64,000 nucleotides of DNA, taken from contig JAFLTI010000004.1 in assembly GCA_022510485.1 (NCBI GenBank), positions 23,011 through 87,010 of the forward strand, in the 5' to 3' direction. The DNA comes from Lentimicrobiaceae bacterium (GTDB lineage: Bacteria > Bacteroidota > Bacteroidia > Bacteroidales > P3). The stretch's first letter is position 1. Every line of letters starts with the position of its first letter. Positions 8,175 to 19,245 of this stretch are shown here, piece by piece. The notes under the pieces were generated by a model. It did no database searches. It was not told where the DNA came from and worked only from the letters and a program-made list of their open reading frames with translations. The position numbers and the translations under genes were made by a program.

Positions 8175-9194
8175 ATGAGCGAAATCGATTGGAAAAGTCT
8201 GCCTTTCGGTTATTACAAAACCGATTACAATGTACGTGCCTACTACAAAGACGGCAAATGGAGCGAATTAGACGTTCACCAAGATGAAATCCTGCCCCTG
8301 CATATGGCAGCCACCTGCCTGCACTACGGTCAGGAAGCATTTGAAGGATTGAAGGCTTTTCGCGGCAAAGACGGTAAAATCCGTATGTTCCGTCCTGACG
8401 AAAACGCCAAACGTCTGCTTTTGTCTGCCAACGGTATCTTGATGCAGCCGGTACCCACCGAACTGTTTATCGAAGCCTGCAAAAAGGTGGTCAAACTCAA
8501 CGAAAAGTACATTCCTCCCTACGGAGAAGGTGCATCTTTCTACCTCCGTCCTCTCCTTATCGGTTCCGGTGCCGAAGTAGGGGTTAAGCCTGCCAAGGAA
8601 TATACCTTTGTGGTATTCGGCGGTCCGGTAGGTCCTTATTTCAAGTCCGGTTTCAAGCCTGTTCCCATGCAGATTGTAAAGGACTACGACCGTGTGGCTC
8701 CTCTTGGAACGGGTCTTTTCAAGGTAGGCGGTAACTATGCCGCTTCGCTGCGTGCCAGTGAACGCGCGCACGAAGAAGGTTATTCCACCGTACTGTTCCT
8801 CGACGCCAAAGAACACAAATACATTGACGAAGCCGGTCCTGCCAACTTCTTTGCCATTAAGGGCAACAAGTATATCACTCCCGACTCCAACTCCATTCTG
8901 CGCTCCATTACCAATATGAGCTTGCAGCAGATTGCCAAGGATATGGGTATGGAAGTGGAACGCCGCCCCGTAGCCGAAGAAGAACTTTCTACCTTTGACG
9001 AAATCGGTGCTTGCGGTACCGCCGCCGTTATCTCGCCCATCAGCAAGATCGTTGACCGCGCTACGGGTCACGAATTTGCCGTAGGCAACGGTACGGAAGC
9101 CGGTCCTGTTTCCACCAAATTGTATAAGGCTTTGCGTGCTATTCAGGAGGGTGAGATGGAGGATAAGCACGGCTGGAACGTGATTATAGATTAA
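8175..9194 (+). CDS. ilvE: Branched-chain amino acid aminotransferase (class IV)
   Basis: LHYGQEAFEGLKAFR, YLRPLLIG and GNYAASL are typical IlvE blocks. Confidence 0.9.
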   Translation: MSEIDWKSLPFGYYKTDYNVRAYYKDGKWSELDVHQDEILPLHMAATCLHYGQEAFEGLKAFRGKDGKIRMFRPDENAKRLLLSANGILMQPVPTELFIEACKKVVKLNEKYIPPYGEGASFYLRPLLIGSGAEVGVKPAKEYTFVVFGGPVGPYFKSGFKPVPMQIVKDYDRVAPLGTGLFKVGGNYAASLRASERAHEEGYSTVLFLDAKEHKYIDEAGPANFFAIKGNKYITPDSNSILRSITNMSLQQIAKDMGMEVERRPVAEEELSTFDEIGACGTAAVISPISKIVDRATGHEFAVGNGTEAGPVSTKLYKALRAIQEGEMEDKHGWNVIID

Positions 9195-9250
9195 GCAAAA
9201 ACACTTTTGAGTTTTCTGTGAAATCGTTTGCGCAACAGTATCCGCATAAC

Positions 9251-9285
9251 AAAAAAAGGCTCCGAATTTCGGAGCCTTTTTTTTG
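9251..9285. terminator. Bidirectional intrinsic terminator
   Basis: A7-GGCTCCGAAATTTCGGAGCC-T8, a perfect 20-nt palindrome between convergent genes. Confidence 0.8.
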
Positions 9286-9304
9286 CGTTATAAAGGTATG
9301 CCTT

Positions 9305-10033
9305 TTACATTCCCATACCCTGCTGCATCTGCATTTCCTGCATCTGTTGCATAAATTCCATAAGGTCTTTCTGCATCTGTTCTTTGGTGGATGCCTTGTA
9401 GGAGGAGGGAATATTGAACGTTTTTGGGGACAACTCTTCGTAGGTGAGTTTGTGAGCGGTAAAAGTCATCGTCATATCGGGGGTCTTAACCGTATATTCC
9501 AACGGAAAACCTTGCAATCCGGGAATTTCTGCCTGCGTAACGCTTACAAAGAATTGGTCGCAGAAATTTTCTACAATCCAAATATCTATCGCTATCGGCG
9601 TATTGCCGGCTTTGTAGCCGCCCTTGACGAGTTTTGCCGTATAACCGAAAATATTTTTGGTTTCTTCGGTCGGCTCAATCTTAATATCGGAAAGTTCGGC
9701 AAACTGTTCTTGCAGTTCGGCTTCGTTCTGTAACAGATGATACTTGCCAAGTCCGTAGGCAGAAAGGTTTACGAGCGTGTGTACTTGGTGGGTGTTGGCA
9801 TCTGCCAGAATCTTGTTTTCTGCCATCGAAAAAATAACCTTGTCTAAAGCCATCTGGAGCTTTGCTATTGCCGGCTGTTGCGCTAACTGTTCGGCTGGAA
9901 CCGTTTCGCTTTCGTAGGCGATGCGGTATTGTACGGTGCCTGTAAAGGGCAGTTTGCCTGCTTCTTGAGCGCGCACACTAAAAGAAAGTGCTGTGGCAAT
10001 AACAGAGAGCAGGATAATTCGGAGCGTTTTCAT
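9305..10033 (-). CDS. Secreted hypothetical protein with a Met/Gln-rich C-terminal tail
   Basis: Signal peptide MKTLRIILLSVIATALSFSVRAQ. C-terminus MEFMQQMQEMQMQQGMGM. No family recognised. Confidence 0.65.
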   Translation of the reverse strand: MKTLRIILLSVIATALSFSVRAQEAGKLPFTGTVQYRIAYESETVPAEQLAQQPAIAKLQMALDKVIFSMAENKILADANTHQVHTLVNLSAYGLGKYHLLQNEAELQEQFAELSDIKIEPTEETKNIFGYTAKLVKGGYKAGNTPIAIDIWIVENFCDQFFVSVTQAEIPGLQGFPLEYTVKTPDMTMTFTAHKLTYEELSPKTFNIPSSYKASTKEQMQKDLMEFMQQMQEMQMQQGMGM

Positions 10034-10058
10034 AAGTATATATTAAAGGGTTGATGTT

Positions 10059-11795
10059 TTATTGGTTGTAGTGTTTCAGTCCATTTTCGGTAACGCGCAC
10101 AAAATGCAGTTCCTTGTTTTCAAAACCGCCCATTTCACGTTCATATAACTGTTCGTCTAAATGGCGCATAAAGTCTGCATTGTGGGTGCTGAGCTGCTCT
10201 AACAGCCAGCCCATAGTTTTATATCCCTGATATGCCAGAGGATTGGGCAGGGCGTGGTAGAGAAAATAGTATTTGCGGGAGAACGCCAAAAGGTCTGTAG
10301 TCTGAACATCGTTGCAGAAAGTATGGTAAACGGTAAGGTTGTTCTGGAGGTAGTAATCCAAGTCGATAGAAGCGTAGTCTAACCATACGTTGGGTGCGAT
10401 AATCGTGATGTTGCCCTTGGTTTGGCGCAGGGGCAGCATGGTCTTTACCGCCGTTATTTCCTGACGGTAGAAAGGCACTATAACGGTTTTCTTGTTGTTT
10501 TCGCCCAAAGCCTCCAGCATTTCTACAGTGGCAGTGTTAAAGTAAAATATTTCGCTTTGCGGCAGCAGGCTTTGCAGGTATTCGGCTTTGCGCGTTTCGG
10601 ATACCGAAGAATCGCAGAGAATTAGAATATGGGCGTGCGCGTGGTGTTGCTTTATGAAATCGGCGATATGGTCTATCTGGGTACGGTAGCTGGCTGCCAA
10701 CTGTATGAAGTATGGATTGCCCATACCCATCGAGTCGCGTTCGGAAAGGGGGTGGATTATCGGCATCTGCCATTCTTTGGAAAGGCTGTCGAGAATTTCA
10801 AACTGGTCGATGAAAGCGGTGGCAAGCACGGCATCCGAAAGACGGAAAATACTGTCGTTTATAATCTCTTCCAAACTGTTTGTCGATTGGGTGAGGTCGT
10901 ACACCTTAAGCTGAATATAGGGCTTTGCGGTATCGGGCGCCGGCTCTGCGGGAGGCAGCACGATAAGCGAGTCTTGCTCAACGTCAAAAATGGTATCAGG
11001 TACGGGAGGCGTAAAGAACAGGGGATCGATAAATTCCTGCCAAGCCACCGAAGCACCCTCAAAGAAAGGCAGGTAGATATAAGCTTTCTTGTCTTGGGGC
11101 GTATTGCTGTAGAGGGGCAGGAGCAAGGATACCCGCAAAGAATCTTTGTAGGCTTTTTCTTGTGGATAAAGTGTTGCAAAAACGCTGTCGGGGAGGAGGA
11201 TTTCGAGCGTGTCGGCTGCCACCAGCAGAGTATCGGCTACCAACAGCGTATCGGTTTCCGCTATCCGGTCTTCTTTGCGGTTGCGGCGTTTTTTGGATGT
11301 CGTGCTGTCTGCCATTGCTATGGGTGAGGCAGCTACCGTGTCGGCTTCAGATACCGTGTTTTCTGTGGCTTCGGTATTGACCGCCGGCTTTTCTTCTGCC
11401 GGAGGAACCACCACCTGAACTATTTCGTCTTTTTGCAGAAACACTACAGCCCAAGGTCTTTTGCCGGTAAAGCGTACAAAATCCTTGGGGTCTTCGCCCG
11501 GCAGCAAGCGCAGGGGGATATAGATAAATTCGTCTATCTGCACCTGATTGTCCGGCGAGTCTTTGAGAATGGAGTCGGCGGAAGTTTGATAAGCCCTGCA
11601 AATGGAGTAAAGCGTGTGGCCTTTCTGCACAGTATGCACGCGGTAGGCTTTGCCCAAGATAGTGTCCACTACTTTAGCGGGCACAACGGGCGATGCCTGA
11701 AAGGGCGTTGGGGCTTCTTGGGCTTCGAGCCTTGTTCCTGCAAGGGAGAGCAGGGCAAAAAGGCATATACTGTAGAGGAAATGTTGAATCTTCAT
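10059..11795 (-). CDS. LysM domain-containing secreted protein with a large C-terminal domain (possibly periplasmic-binding-like)
   Basis: Signal peptide, then YRVHTVQKGHTLYSICRAYQTSADSILKDSP (LysM). The fold assignment for the C-terminal ~380 aa is tentative. Confidence 0.65.
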   Translation of the reverse strand: MKIQHFLYSICLFALLSLAGTRLEAQEAPTPFQASPVVPAKVVDTILGKAYRVHTVQKGHTLYSICRAYQTSADSILKDSPDNQVQIDEFIYIPLRLLPGEDPKDFVRFTGKRPWAVVFLQKDEIVQVVVPPAEEKPAVNTEATENTVSEADTVAASPIAMADSTTSKKRRNRKEDRIAETDTLLVADTLLVAADTLEILLPDSVFATLYPQEKAYKDSLRVSLLLPLYSNTPQDKKAYIYLPFFEGASVAWQEFIDPLFFTPPVPDTIFDVEQDSLIVLPPAEPAPDTAKPYIQLKVYDLTQSTNSLEEIINDSIFRLSDAVLATAFIDQFEILDSLSKEWQMPIIHPLSERDSMGMGNPYFIQLAASYRTQIDHIADFIKQHHAHAHILILCDSSVSETRKAEYLQSLLPQSEIFYFNTATVEMLEALGENNKKTVIVPFYRQEITAVKTMLPLRQTKGNITIIAPNVWLDYASIDLDYYLQNNLTVYHTFCNDVQTTDLLAFSRKYYFLYHALPNPLAYQGYKTMGWLLEQLSTHNADFMRHLDEQLYEREMGGFENKELHFVRVTENGLKHYNQ

Positions 11796-11813
11796 AGCGG
11801 TAAAGTTAAGTAT

Positions 11814-13343
11814 TTATTCCCACTCTATGGTGGAAGGCGGCTTGGAACTTATATCGTAAACCACGCGGTTCACGCCGCGAACCTTGTTGATTATTTCGTT
11901 GCTCACTTTGCTTAGAAAGTCGAAAGGAAGCCGGCTCCAATCGGCGGTCATACCGTCGGTGGAATTTACCGCACGTAAGGCAACCACTTGTTCGTAGGTG
12001 CGTTCATCACCCATCACGCCTACCGAATAAATGGGCAGCAGCACCGCTCCCGCCTGCCATACCTTATCGTAAAGACCTTCCTGCCGCAGGGCGTTGATAT
12101 AAATGGCGTCAACTTCTTGCAGTATAGCCACTTTTTGTGCGCTGACCTCTCCCAATATACGGATTCCCAATCCCGGACCGGGAAAGGGATGACGGTTGAG
12201 CAAGCGATCGGGCAGCCCTACGCTTTTGCCCACCCGCCTTACCTCGTCTTTGAAAAGGCTGCGCAGGGGTTCCACCACCTTGAGGTTCATCTTTTCGGGC
12301 AAACCGCCCACATTATGGTGCGACTTGATGGTTTGCGAGGGTCCTTTTACAGGTGCCGATTCAATAACGTCGGGATAGATGGTGCCCTGTGCCAGAAAGC
12401 GGGCGTTCTTGAATTTGCGTGCTTCCGCCTCAAAAACATCGATAAAGGTCTTGCCTATCGCCTTGCGTTTGGCTTCGGGATCGCTTACGCCTTTCAGGGC
12501 GGAATAAAAGAGGGCGGAGGCATCTACGCCTGTTACCTCTATATCCATTCCCTTGAACGAATCGAGCACGTCTTGAAACTCATTTTTGCGCAACAGACCG
12601 TTGTCTACAAAAATGCAGTGCAGCTGTTTGCCGATTGCCTTGTGCAGCAGCACCGCCGCCACGCTTGAATCCACCCCTCCCGAAAGACCGAGTATCACTT
12701 CTTCTCCGCCTACAGTCTTACGCAGGTCTTCCACGCAGGACTTTACAAAATTGTCGGGAGTCCAGTCGGCTTGACAACCGCAAATATCCATCAGGAAATT
12801 GCGCAGAATGGTAAAACCATCGGTTGAGTGATATACTTCGGGGTGAAACTGCAGGGCATAGGTGGTTTCGCCTTCGATACGGTAGCCGCAAGCCTTTACA
12901 TCGGGCGTGCTGCAAGTGATATGGAATTTGTCGGGGTATTCCAAAATCGTATCGCCGTGCGACATCCATACCTGACTGTTGAGCGGCACATCCTTAAAGA
13001 GAGGGCAGGCAGTGTCGATATACGAAAGATTGGCGCGTCCGTATTCGCGGCTGTTTGCCGAAGCCACTTTGCCCCCTTCCAAATTAACCAAGAGCTGCGC
13101 TCCGTAACATACCGCCAGCAAAGGCAGTTGTCCGCGTATTTGGCTTAAATCGGGTTTGGGCGCGTCGGGGTCGTTTACCGAATAGGGGCTTCCCGACAGG
13201 ATAACACCCTTGATTTGAGGCCCGATCTGCGGTATGTGATTGTAAGGGTGGATCTCGCAATAGATGTTGCTTTCGCGTACTTTTCGCGCAATCAACTGGG
13301 TGTATTGCGAACCGAAATCCAGAATAAGGATACTTTCTTGCAT
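11814..13343 (-). CDS. guaA: GMP synthase (glutamine-hydrolysing)
   Basis: N-terminal GATase domain ([26 protein letters not shown]), ATP-PPase SGGVDSS motif, C-terminus PPSTIEWE. Confidence 0.95.
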   Translation of the reverse strand: MQESILILDFGSQYTQLIARKVRESNIYCEIHPYNHIPQIGPQIKGVILSGSPYSVNDPDAPKPDLSQIRGQLPLLAVCYGAQLLVNLEGGKVASANSREYGRANLSYIDTACPLFKDVPLNSQVWMSHGDTILEYPDKFHITCSTPDVKACGYRIEGETTYALQFHPEVYHSTDGFTILRNFLMDICGCQADWTPDNFVKSCVEDLRKTVGGEEVILGLSGGVDSSVAAVLLHKAIGKQLHCIFVDNGLLRKNEFQDVLDSFKGMDIEVTGVDASALFYSALKGVSDPEAKRKAIGKTFIDVFEAEARKFKNARFLAQGTIYPDVIESAPVKGPSQTIKSHHNVGGLPEKMNLKVVEPLRSLFKDEVRRVGKSVGLPDRLLNRHPFPGPGLGIRILGEVSAQKVAILQEVDAIYINALRQEGLYDKVWQAGAVLLPIYSVGVMGDERTYEQVVALRAVNSTDGMTADWSRLPFDFLSKVSNEIINKVRGVNRVVYDISSKPPSTIEWE

Positions 13344-13374
13344 CTGCCGTTTTATTTTGGGTAAAGGTACTACT

Positions 13375-14619
13375 TTATTTGCTCACAAGCGGAATACGCA
13401 GGGCGTGGCGGTTGCCTGCCACATCTTCCATAGTTACTATGAGCGTGTAGCTGCTGCCGCTTTGAGGAACGAACACGCCCCGGTTGCTCATCACGCGGTA
13501 AGGCGTGGCACTCTGTCCGTCTTCCAGATACGATTTTTCCAAGCGTTTTTTGGTAAGATTGTAAAAAGGCAGGTCGATATGCTGGTTCAGGGCATCGCAG
13601 GTACGGAAAGAAAGCGCATCCAAGCAGTAATAGGCTAAAGTGTCTACTTGTCCGTTGCCTTGCTCTATGGCGAAAAGCAGTTTGTAAAGCCCGTAATGGA
13701 AGGGCATACGCTGTATGGAATCCAAGGCGCAGATGCCGAATGCCGTTTGTCCGTGCAGATAGAGCGTGTCGGGCAGGTTGTCGGAATGGAAATAGCGGGC
13801 GGTAAATTCGGTGCCGCCTATGGTTTTGGGTAGGCTTAAAGCGGCGGGGGTATTGGCGTAAAGCGTATCGGAAAGCCGTTGCCGCAGGTTTTCTATCGAA
13901 TCGTATTGGCTCCGGATTGCCCGCTGCATAGCGTAGTCGGTTTGAGGGCAGTCCATAAAGGAAACTTGCAGGAGCGAATCCGTATCGGGCAAGGCAAGGG
14001 TGTTTTCGGTTTGGAGAGAGGTATTTTGGGAATAAAGAGCCAGATACAGCACAGCAGGAGGCATTGAGTCGCTGATTTGGATGCCGTAGAGCGCGGGGTT
14101 GAGGCGCAGGCTGTCTTGGCGTACTTCAAAATGCAGGTGCGGTCCGCCCGAAGAACCGGAGTTTCCCGAAAGCGCGATAGGCTTGTTTTTCTTGGTGGCT
14201 ATATGCAATCCCCTCAGGTCGGTTTCGTATTGTTTGCTTTTGCGTTGTTGCCTTTTTACCAATTTCTGAACCGGAGCGCAGAATTTAGACAGATGGGCGT
14301 AAACGGTAGTCATTCCGTTGGCGTGCTCCACGTAAAGCACTTTACCGTAAGATACCTTAGACACTCCGACCCGCACGATAAAACCCGGGGCGGCGCTATA
14401 TACCTTTAATCCCTCCCTTTGCTCGGTGCGCAGGTCCATACCGCCGTGAAAATGGTTGGGGCGCAATTCGGCAAAGGAACCCGACATTTCGGGGGCGGTA
14501 CGCATAGGGTAGCGAAAGAACACCGAATCCGCAGCGGTAAGCGGCGATTGCCCCGCCATACCGAGAACAAGCAGGAGCAGACAAAGGAATTTTAGAATAT
14601 GTAAGCTTTTCCTATTCAT
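13375..14619 (-). CDS. M23 family metallopeptidase (secreted)
   Basis: HFHGGMDL (HxxxD) and [15 protein letters not shown] (HxH) motifs, with a signal peptide. Confidence 0.85.
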   Translation of the reverse strand: MNRKSLHILKFLCLLLLVLGMAGQSPLTAADSVFFRYPMRTAPEMSGSFAELRPNHFHGGMDLRTEQREGLKVYSAAPGFIVRVGVSKVSYGKVLYVEHANGMTTVYAHLSKFCAPVQKLVKRQQRKSKQYETDLRGLHIATKKNKPIALSGNSGSSGGPHLHFEVRQDSLRLNPALYGIQISDSMPPAVLYLALYSQNTSLQTENTLALPDTDSLLQVSFMDCPQTDYAMQRAIRSQYDSIENLRQRLSDTLYANTPAALSLPKTIGGTEFTARYFHSDNLPDTLYLHGQTAFGICALDSIQRMPFHYGLYKLLFAIEQGNGQVDTLAYYCLDALSFRTCDALNQHIDLPFYNLTKKRLEKSYLEDGQSATPYRVMSNRGVFVPQSGSSYTLIVTMEDVAGNRHALRIPLVSK

Positions 14620-16606
14620 GGGCTTTTCTTAGCGATTTGGCAAGTTTTTCCACATATTTGCGGCGATAGTCCTGTTGAATCAGATAGTCGGCTATAAAGC
14701 GAGCCTGTGCATAATCCTTTTGGTTGATGCAGTATTCGCACCAGAGCAAAAGGCTGCGTAAGTCCCCGCAAGAAGAAAGGAAACTGAACAGGGAGGGTTC
14801 AGCCGGCGTATATTTTTCGAGTTCCAAATCGTGGAACAGCTGTTCCGACTTGCGGTAGTTCTCGATAAAGGAAAGGGTATCTCCGTTGCTCCTGCTGTCA
14901 AAGGCTTGTTCTATAAGATTTCGGCATCCGCTCCAATCGTTGAATATCTTTTGCAGGGGAGCCGCTTCTACAGGCATCTCTCCGCAAGCGGCAAAATCCG
15001 CCTGATTCCTTAGCGCAAGGAGGCTGTCGAGTGTTTGCAGCTGTTGCTGAGCCGAGGCATAGTTGGCAAAAGACATCTGACGATAGAAACCGGCTTTGGC
15101 GCGTTCTGCCTGTTCAAACCAACGGCGGCAACGGCTTTCGTTACGCTTTTGCAGGTAAGAAGCCAAACTTTGTTGGGGCGCGGCAAGTTCGGTAACCGCA
15201 TCGGGATATTCTTGCCTATAATTTTCAAACAGTGCGGAAGCCTGTGCATAAAGGCTGTCGGCACGCGCCTCGTTGTGCGACCAAAGCTGGAACACGGCTT
15301 TGTTTATCAATTGTTCTACCGCCTGCCCAAGCGTGTTTTGATATTCCTCCTCAAAATCGGCATCCGTCTTTAGTTTGTATTGCCGGCTTAAACGCATGGC
15401 GTCTTGAAACCAAGCATAGGCTTCAGAAAACTTTCGTTTGGTGTTGAGGTAGCGTGCCTGCTCGCAATCAAGCGCAAATTGCTGACGTGCCTGTTGGGGG
15501 CTGAGGCGTATTGCCGGTGTTTCGGCAGCCTGATTAGGTACTGCGGGAGCAGGCGAGGGCAAGATTTGTTTTTGTGCAGACACAGGCTTTTCTTCCGGTT
15601 CGGGAACCGTATCTATAAGGCTTCTGTTCAAGAGTTCCAAATCCTGCGCCAAAGCGTCTTCGAGAGGGTATTCGATAACGGGAATAACTATGCCGGTACG
15701 GCTTACGATAGTATCTACCAAGGCAGAATAAAATGCCTTTTCTTCCATATCGGAAATTTCGGCGATACGGCTGTATTTTACGGCAATGCGGTCAAGCAGG
15801 TCCATTACGCGGTTTACGCCGTCCATATTCTCTTCAAAAGCCTTGAAGTAATCGAAAGCCTGCAAGGCATACCGCTGCGAAAGCTGGTATTGTTTCTGCG
15901 AAAAAGCCTTTTCCGCCACCTCGCAAAAAGAACGGTAAATGCCTTGATGCGCCATATTTTGAAGCCGCTTTTCTTTGTAGCGCATATAGCGGAGGGGAAA
16001 TTGAGGCAGAAAATAGGTTTCTGTAATCTGGCAGAGATCGAGCGCGTCGCGGTAGAGTTTTCGGGAAATAAGTTCTTCGGTTTCCTTGAGAATCTTACCA
16101 TACACGCTTTGCGCCGTTTGCTGTATCTTTTGCCGGTGGGAACATTCTGTCAATACTTGGTTGAGGTATTGCAACAAGGCTTGTGTATTGTGTTTTTGGA
16201 GCGAGAGGCAGGTAATCTTAAAGACCACTGCTTTGGTAAAGAAACGGTTGTGTTGCAGGGCTTTGTCTATGTTCTTTTCTGCCAGCTGCCAATCGGGCGT
16301 CTTTTGGTTGATTGCCTGCAATGCCTGTATATAGTAGAGGCTGTCGATATGCGAGCGCATAAAGTCGATTTGCCGGCGTTTTTTTTCTGTAAGAAAGCGC
16401 AATCTGTTTGGAATCTCCGCTTCGATTTCGGCTAAACGGCAGTCGGAAACCGGCAAGAGTTCCAAAGGCGATAGCCCGATGGCTTCGATTTTTTCTTTGA
16501 AAGCGTTTTTTATGGAATCGTTGGTTTGTGCGGAAACTCTTGCGGCACATAAGCAAGAAAAGATTGCCGAAAAAAGAAAAAGTCGTCGCAAGGATAGTTT
16601 CTGCAT
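14612..16606 (-). CDS. Secreted hypothetical protein, alpha-helical/TPR-like, 664 aa
   Basis: Signal peptide MQKLSLRRLFLFSAIFSCLCAARVSAQ and helical repeat-like composition. Its end overlaps the M23 gene start by 8 nt. Confidence 0.6.
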   Translation of the reverse strand: MQKLSLRRLFLFSAIFSCLCAARVSAQTNDSIKNAFKEKIEAIGLSPLELLPVSDCRLAEIEAEIPNRLRFLTEKKRRQIDFMRSHIDSLYYIQALQAINQKTPDWQLAEKNIDKALQHNRFFTKAVVFKITCLSLQKHNTQALLQYLNQVLTECSHRQKIQQTAQSVYGKILKETEELISRKLYRDALDLCQITETYFLPQFPLRYMRYKEKRLQNMAHQGIYRSFCEVAEKAFSQKQYQLSQRYALQAFDYFKAFEENMDGVNRVMDLLDRIAVKYSRIAEISDMEEKAFYSALVDTIVSRTGIVIPVIEYPLEDALAQDLELLNRSLIDTVPEPEEKPVSAQKQILPSPAPAVPNQAAETPAIRLSPQQARQQFALDCEQARYLNTKRKFSEAYAWFQDAMRLSRQYKLKTDADFEEEYQNTLGQAVEQLINKAVFQLWSHNEARADSLYAQASALFENYRQEYPDAVTELAAPQQSLASYLQKRNESRCRRWFEQAERAKAGFYRQMSFANYASAQQQLQTLDSLLALRNQADFAACGEMPVEAAPLQKIFNDWSGCRNLIEQAFDSRSNGDTLSFIENYRKSEQLFHDLELEKYTPAEPSLFSFLSSCGDLRSLLLWCEYCINQKDYAQARFIADYLIQQDYRRKYVEKLAKSLRKAHE

Positions 16607-16613
16607 GGCGGCT

Positions 16614-17594
16614 TTATCGTGGGTTTTGAGGCTGTTCCGATTGCTTGGCGTAGGCTTCGATAATGCGCGCCACCAAACGGTGCCGCACCACGTCTTTGCC
16701 TGTCAGCTCCACAAAAGCTATTCCGGAAATAGGTTTGAGGATATGGCTTGCTTGAACCAAGCCCGAGCGTTGGTTGCGGGGCAGGTCTGCCTGCGTGATG
16801 TCGCCGGTAATGACGAATTTGGCGTTTTTTCCCATGCGGGTAAGAAACATCTTCATCTGACTCTCGGTGGCGTTCTGCGCCTCGTCTAAGATTACAAAGG
16901 CATGGTCGAGTGTTCTGCCGCGCATAAAGGCGAGCGGGGCTATTTCTATGGTAGACTCTTCAAGCAGGGAGAGCAGCTTGCGGTAGGGAATCATATCGCG
17001 CAAGGCATCGTAGAGAGGCTGCATATAAGGGTCTAACTTTTCTTTCATATCGCCGGGCAGAAAGCCTAAGTTTTCGCCGGCTTCTACGGCGGGACGTGTT
17101 AGAATGATACGTTTTACCTCTTTGTCTTTGAGCGCCTTTACCGCCAAAGCTACGGCAGTATAGGTCTTACCCGAACCGGCAGGTCCTATGGCGAACACCA
17201 TATCGGTTTTATGAACGGCGTCTACCATCTTTTGTTGATTGGCGGTCAATGCACGCACCGGTTTACCGTTTACCCCCATCAGGATAAGCGGCGTGGCAGG
17301 ATTTTCGGTTTCCGCTTCGGGTCGGGATTCGCCTTGGGGGTCGTTTTCTCCCAAGATTCCGTCTATATCCGATTCGCTAAGGCGGTTAAAGCGTTCAAAA
17401 TGAAAAAGCACCAGCCTCATTTTTTCTTCAAAATCGGCAAGGTGTCCGGTATCGCCCACCGCCTTGATCAGATTTCCCCGCAAAATGATGTTCAATTGCG
17501 GAAAGAACCGACGGATGCGGCTCAGTTTTTCTTCCTCCAAGCCGAAAACATCTATCGGATGGTGGGGGGCGATATCAATCAGGATTTCACTCAT
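16614..17594 (-). CDS. phoH: PhoH-like ATPase
   Basis: Walker [24 protein letters not shown], and the C-terminal VRHRLV block typical of PhoH. Confidence 0.88.
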   Translation of the reverse strand: MSEILIDIAPHHPIDVFGLEEEKLSRIRRFFPQLNIILRGNLIKAVGDTGHLADFEEKMRLVLFHFERFNRLSESDIDGILGENDPQGESRPEAETENPATPLILMGVNGKPVRALTANQQKMVDAVHKTDMVFAIGPAGSGKTYTAVALAVKALKDKEVKRIILTRPAVEAGENLGFLPGDMKEKLDPYMQPLYDALRDMIPYRKLLSLLEESTIEIAPLAFMRGRTLDHAFVILDEAQNATESQMKMFLTRMGKNAKFVITGDITQADLPRNQRSGLVQASHILKPISGIAFVELTGKDVVRHRLVARIIEAYAKQSEQPQNPR

Positions 17595-18802
17595 CGGGCG
17601 GGCTGCAATTTAGCTACCGCTTCCTTGATGCGACGTGCGCTTTCGCGGAGTTTGTCTTCACTGGTGGCATAAGAAATGCGGATGCTTTCGGGATCGCCGA
17701 AGGAATCGCCGCCCACGAGAGCCACGTGCGCTTCGTCTAAAAGGAAATTTGCCAAATCGTCGCCGCAGGTAATTGTTTTGCCGTTGAACTGTTTGCCAAT
17801 CAGACCCTTGATGTTCGGGAAGATATAGAAAGCCCCCGTAGGAACATTCACCTTCATTCCCGGAATTTCGCGCAGGAGATCCAGCATCATATCGCGGCGT
17901 TGGCGGAAAGTGGCAACCATGCCTTTAAGTTCTTCCGATTTCTTGGGGTCTTGCAACAAGGCAGCCACCGAAGCTTTTTGGGCAATGGAGGATGCAGCCG
18001 AGGTCATCTGTCCCTGAATCTTATTGCAGGCTGCCGCAATTTCGGTAGGAGCGGCAATGTAACCGATACGCCAGCCGGTCATGGCAAAGCCTTTGGAAAC
18101 GCCGTTAATTATAATAATACGATTTCGGATTTCTTCAAACTGCGAGAGGCTTTCAAATTTGCCTTCAAAGGTAATCAGCTCGTAAATTTCATCGGACATG
18201 ATATACACATGGGGATGTTTTGCCAGCACATCGGCAATGGCTTTGAGTTCATCATGGTTGTACACCATACCGGTGGGATTGCTCGGACTGTTGAAGATTA
18301 CCATCTTGGTTTTGGGCGTGATGGCGGCTTCGAGTTTGGCGGGCGTAATCTTAAAGTTGTCTTCGATACCGGCGGGAACCAATACGGGAACACCCTCGGT
18401 AAACTTTACCATTTCGGGGTAGGAAACCCAGCAGGGAGCGGGAATCACCACTTCGTCGCCCGGATCGATCATAGCCATCAATACGTTGATGATAGCGTGC
18501 TTGCCACCGTTGCCAACCACAATCTGGTCGGGAGAGAAAGACAATCCGTTGTCGCGGGAGAGCTTGGTGCAGATTGCTTTTCTCAAATCCAAAAAGCCGG
18601 GAACGGGAGGATAATGGGTAAAATTGTCGTTGATAGCCGCAATACCGGCATCCTTAATTACCTGAGGGGTGTCAAAATCGGGTTCGCCAACGCTGAGGTT
18701 GATAACGTCGATACCCTGTTCCTGCATACTGCGGCTGCGTTTGCTCATGCCAAGCGTGGCAGAGGGAGCCATTTCGAGCACACGTTTTGATAAAACTGCC
18801 AT
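17591..18802 (-). CDS. PLP-dependent class I aminotransferase (aspartate aminotransferase-like)
   Basis: [21 protein letters not shown] and [16 protein letters not shown] (PLP lysine) motifs. Confidence 0.85.
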   Translation of the reverse strand: MAVLSKRVLEMAPSATLGMSKRSRSMQEQGIDVINLSVGEPDFDTPQVIKDAGIAAINDNFTHYPPVPGFLDLRKAICTKLSRDNGLSFSPDQIVVGNGGKHAIINVLMAMIDPGDEVVIPAPCWVSYPEMVKFTEGVPVLVPAGIEDNFKITPAKLEAAITPKTKMVIFNSPSNPTGMVYNHDELKAIADVLAKHPHVYIMSDEIYELITFEGKFESLSQFEEIRNRIIIINGVSKGFAMTGWRIGYIAAPTEIAAACNKIQGQMTSAASSIAQKASVAALLQDPKKSEELKGMVATFRQRRDMMLDLLREIPGMKVNVPTGAFYIFPNIKGLIGKQFNGKTITCGDDLANFLLDEAHVALVGGDSFGDPESIRISYATSEDKLRESARRIKEAVAKLQPAR

Positions 18803-18827
18803 AGTCTATACTGTTTTTTATAAAGAA

Positions 18828-18863
18828 ACCCTGCTTTCCGTAAGTTTTACGCAAGGCAGGGTT
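18828..18863 (-). terminator. Imperfect hairpin downstream of secG (putative terminator)
   Basis: AACCCTGC...CGTAA-GTT-TTACG...GCAGGGTT, followed on the minus strand by a T-rich tract. Confidence 0.45.
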
Positions 18864-18885
18864 CAGGTTTCACAAGAAAAATTTT

Positions 18886-19233
18886 TTATTCTTCTTCGGT
18901 CGGTGTGGTTTCAACCGGTTGAGCCACTGGGAGCTGGGTGGGAAGTACCGACTGCTGATCAACGGTAAGTTCAGTCTGCGGCGCACCGCTGTCGGAATTA
19001 TGTTTAGGAATGGAATAAGCGGCGATAAGGCTCAAAAAGAGCAAAACAACCGAAAGTACCCATGTTCCTTTTTCCAAAAAGTCGGTCGTTCTGCGAACGC
19101 CCATGATTTGATTTGCCTGACCTCCGAAAGTAGAGGAAAGACCGCCACCTTTAGGGTTCTGAATCAATACGATAAGACCCAAAAGTACACAAACAATCAA
19201 GATCAAAACCGAGATAAAAATGTAAAAGCCCAT
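18886..19233 (-). CDS. secG: Preprotein translocase subunit SecG
   Basis: LIVLIQNPKGGGLSSTFGG motif and two TM helices. Confidence 0.88.
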   Translation of the reverse strand: MGFYIFISVLILIVCVLLGLIVLIQNPKGGGLSSTFGGQANQIMGVRRTTDFLEKGTWVLSVVLLFLSLIAAYSIPKHNSDSGAPQTELTVDQQSVLPTQLPVAQPVETTPTEEE

Positions 19234-19245
19234 TTTATGTTGCTG

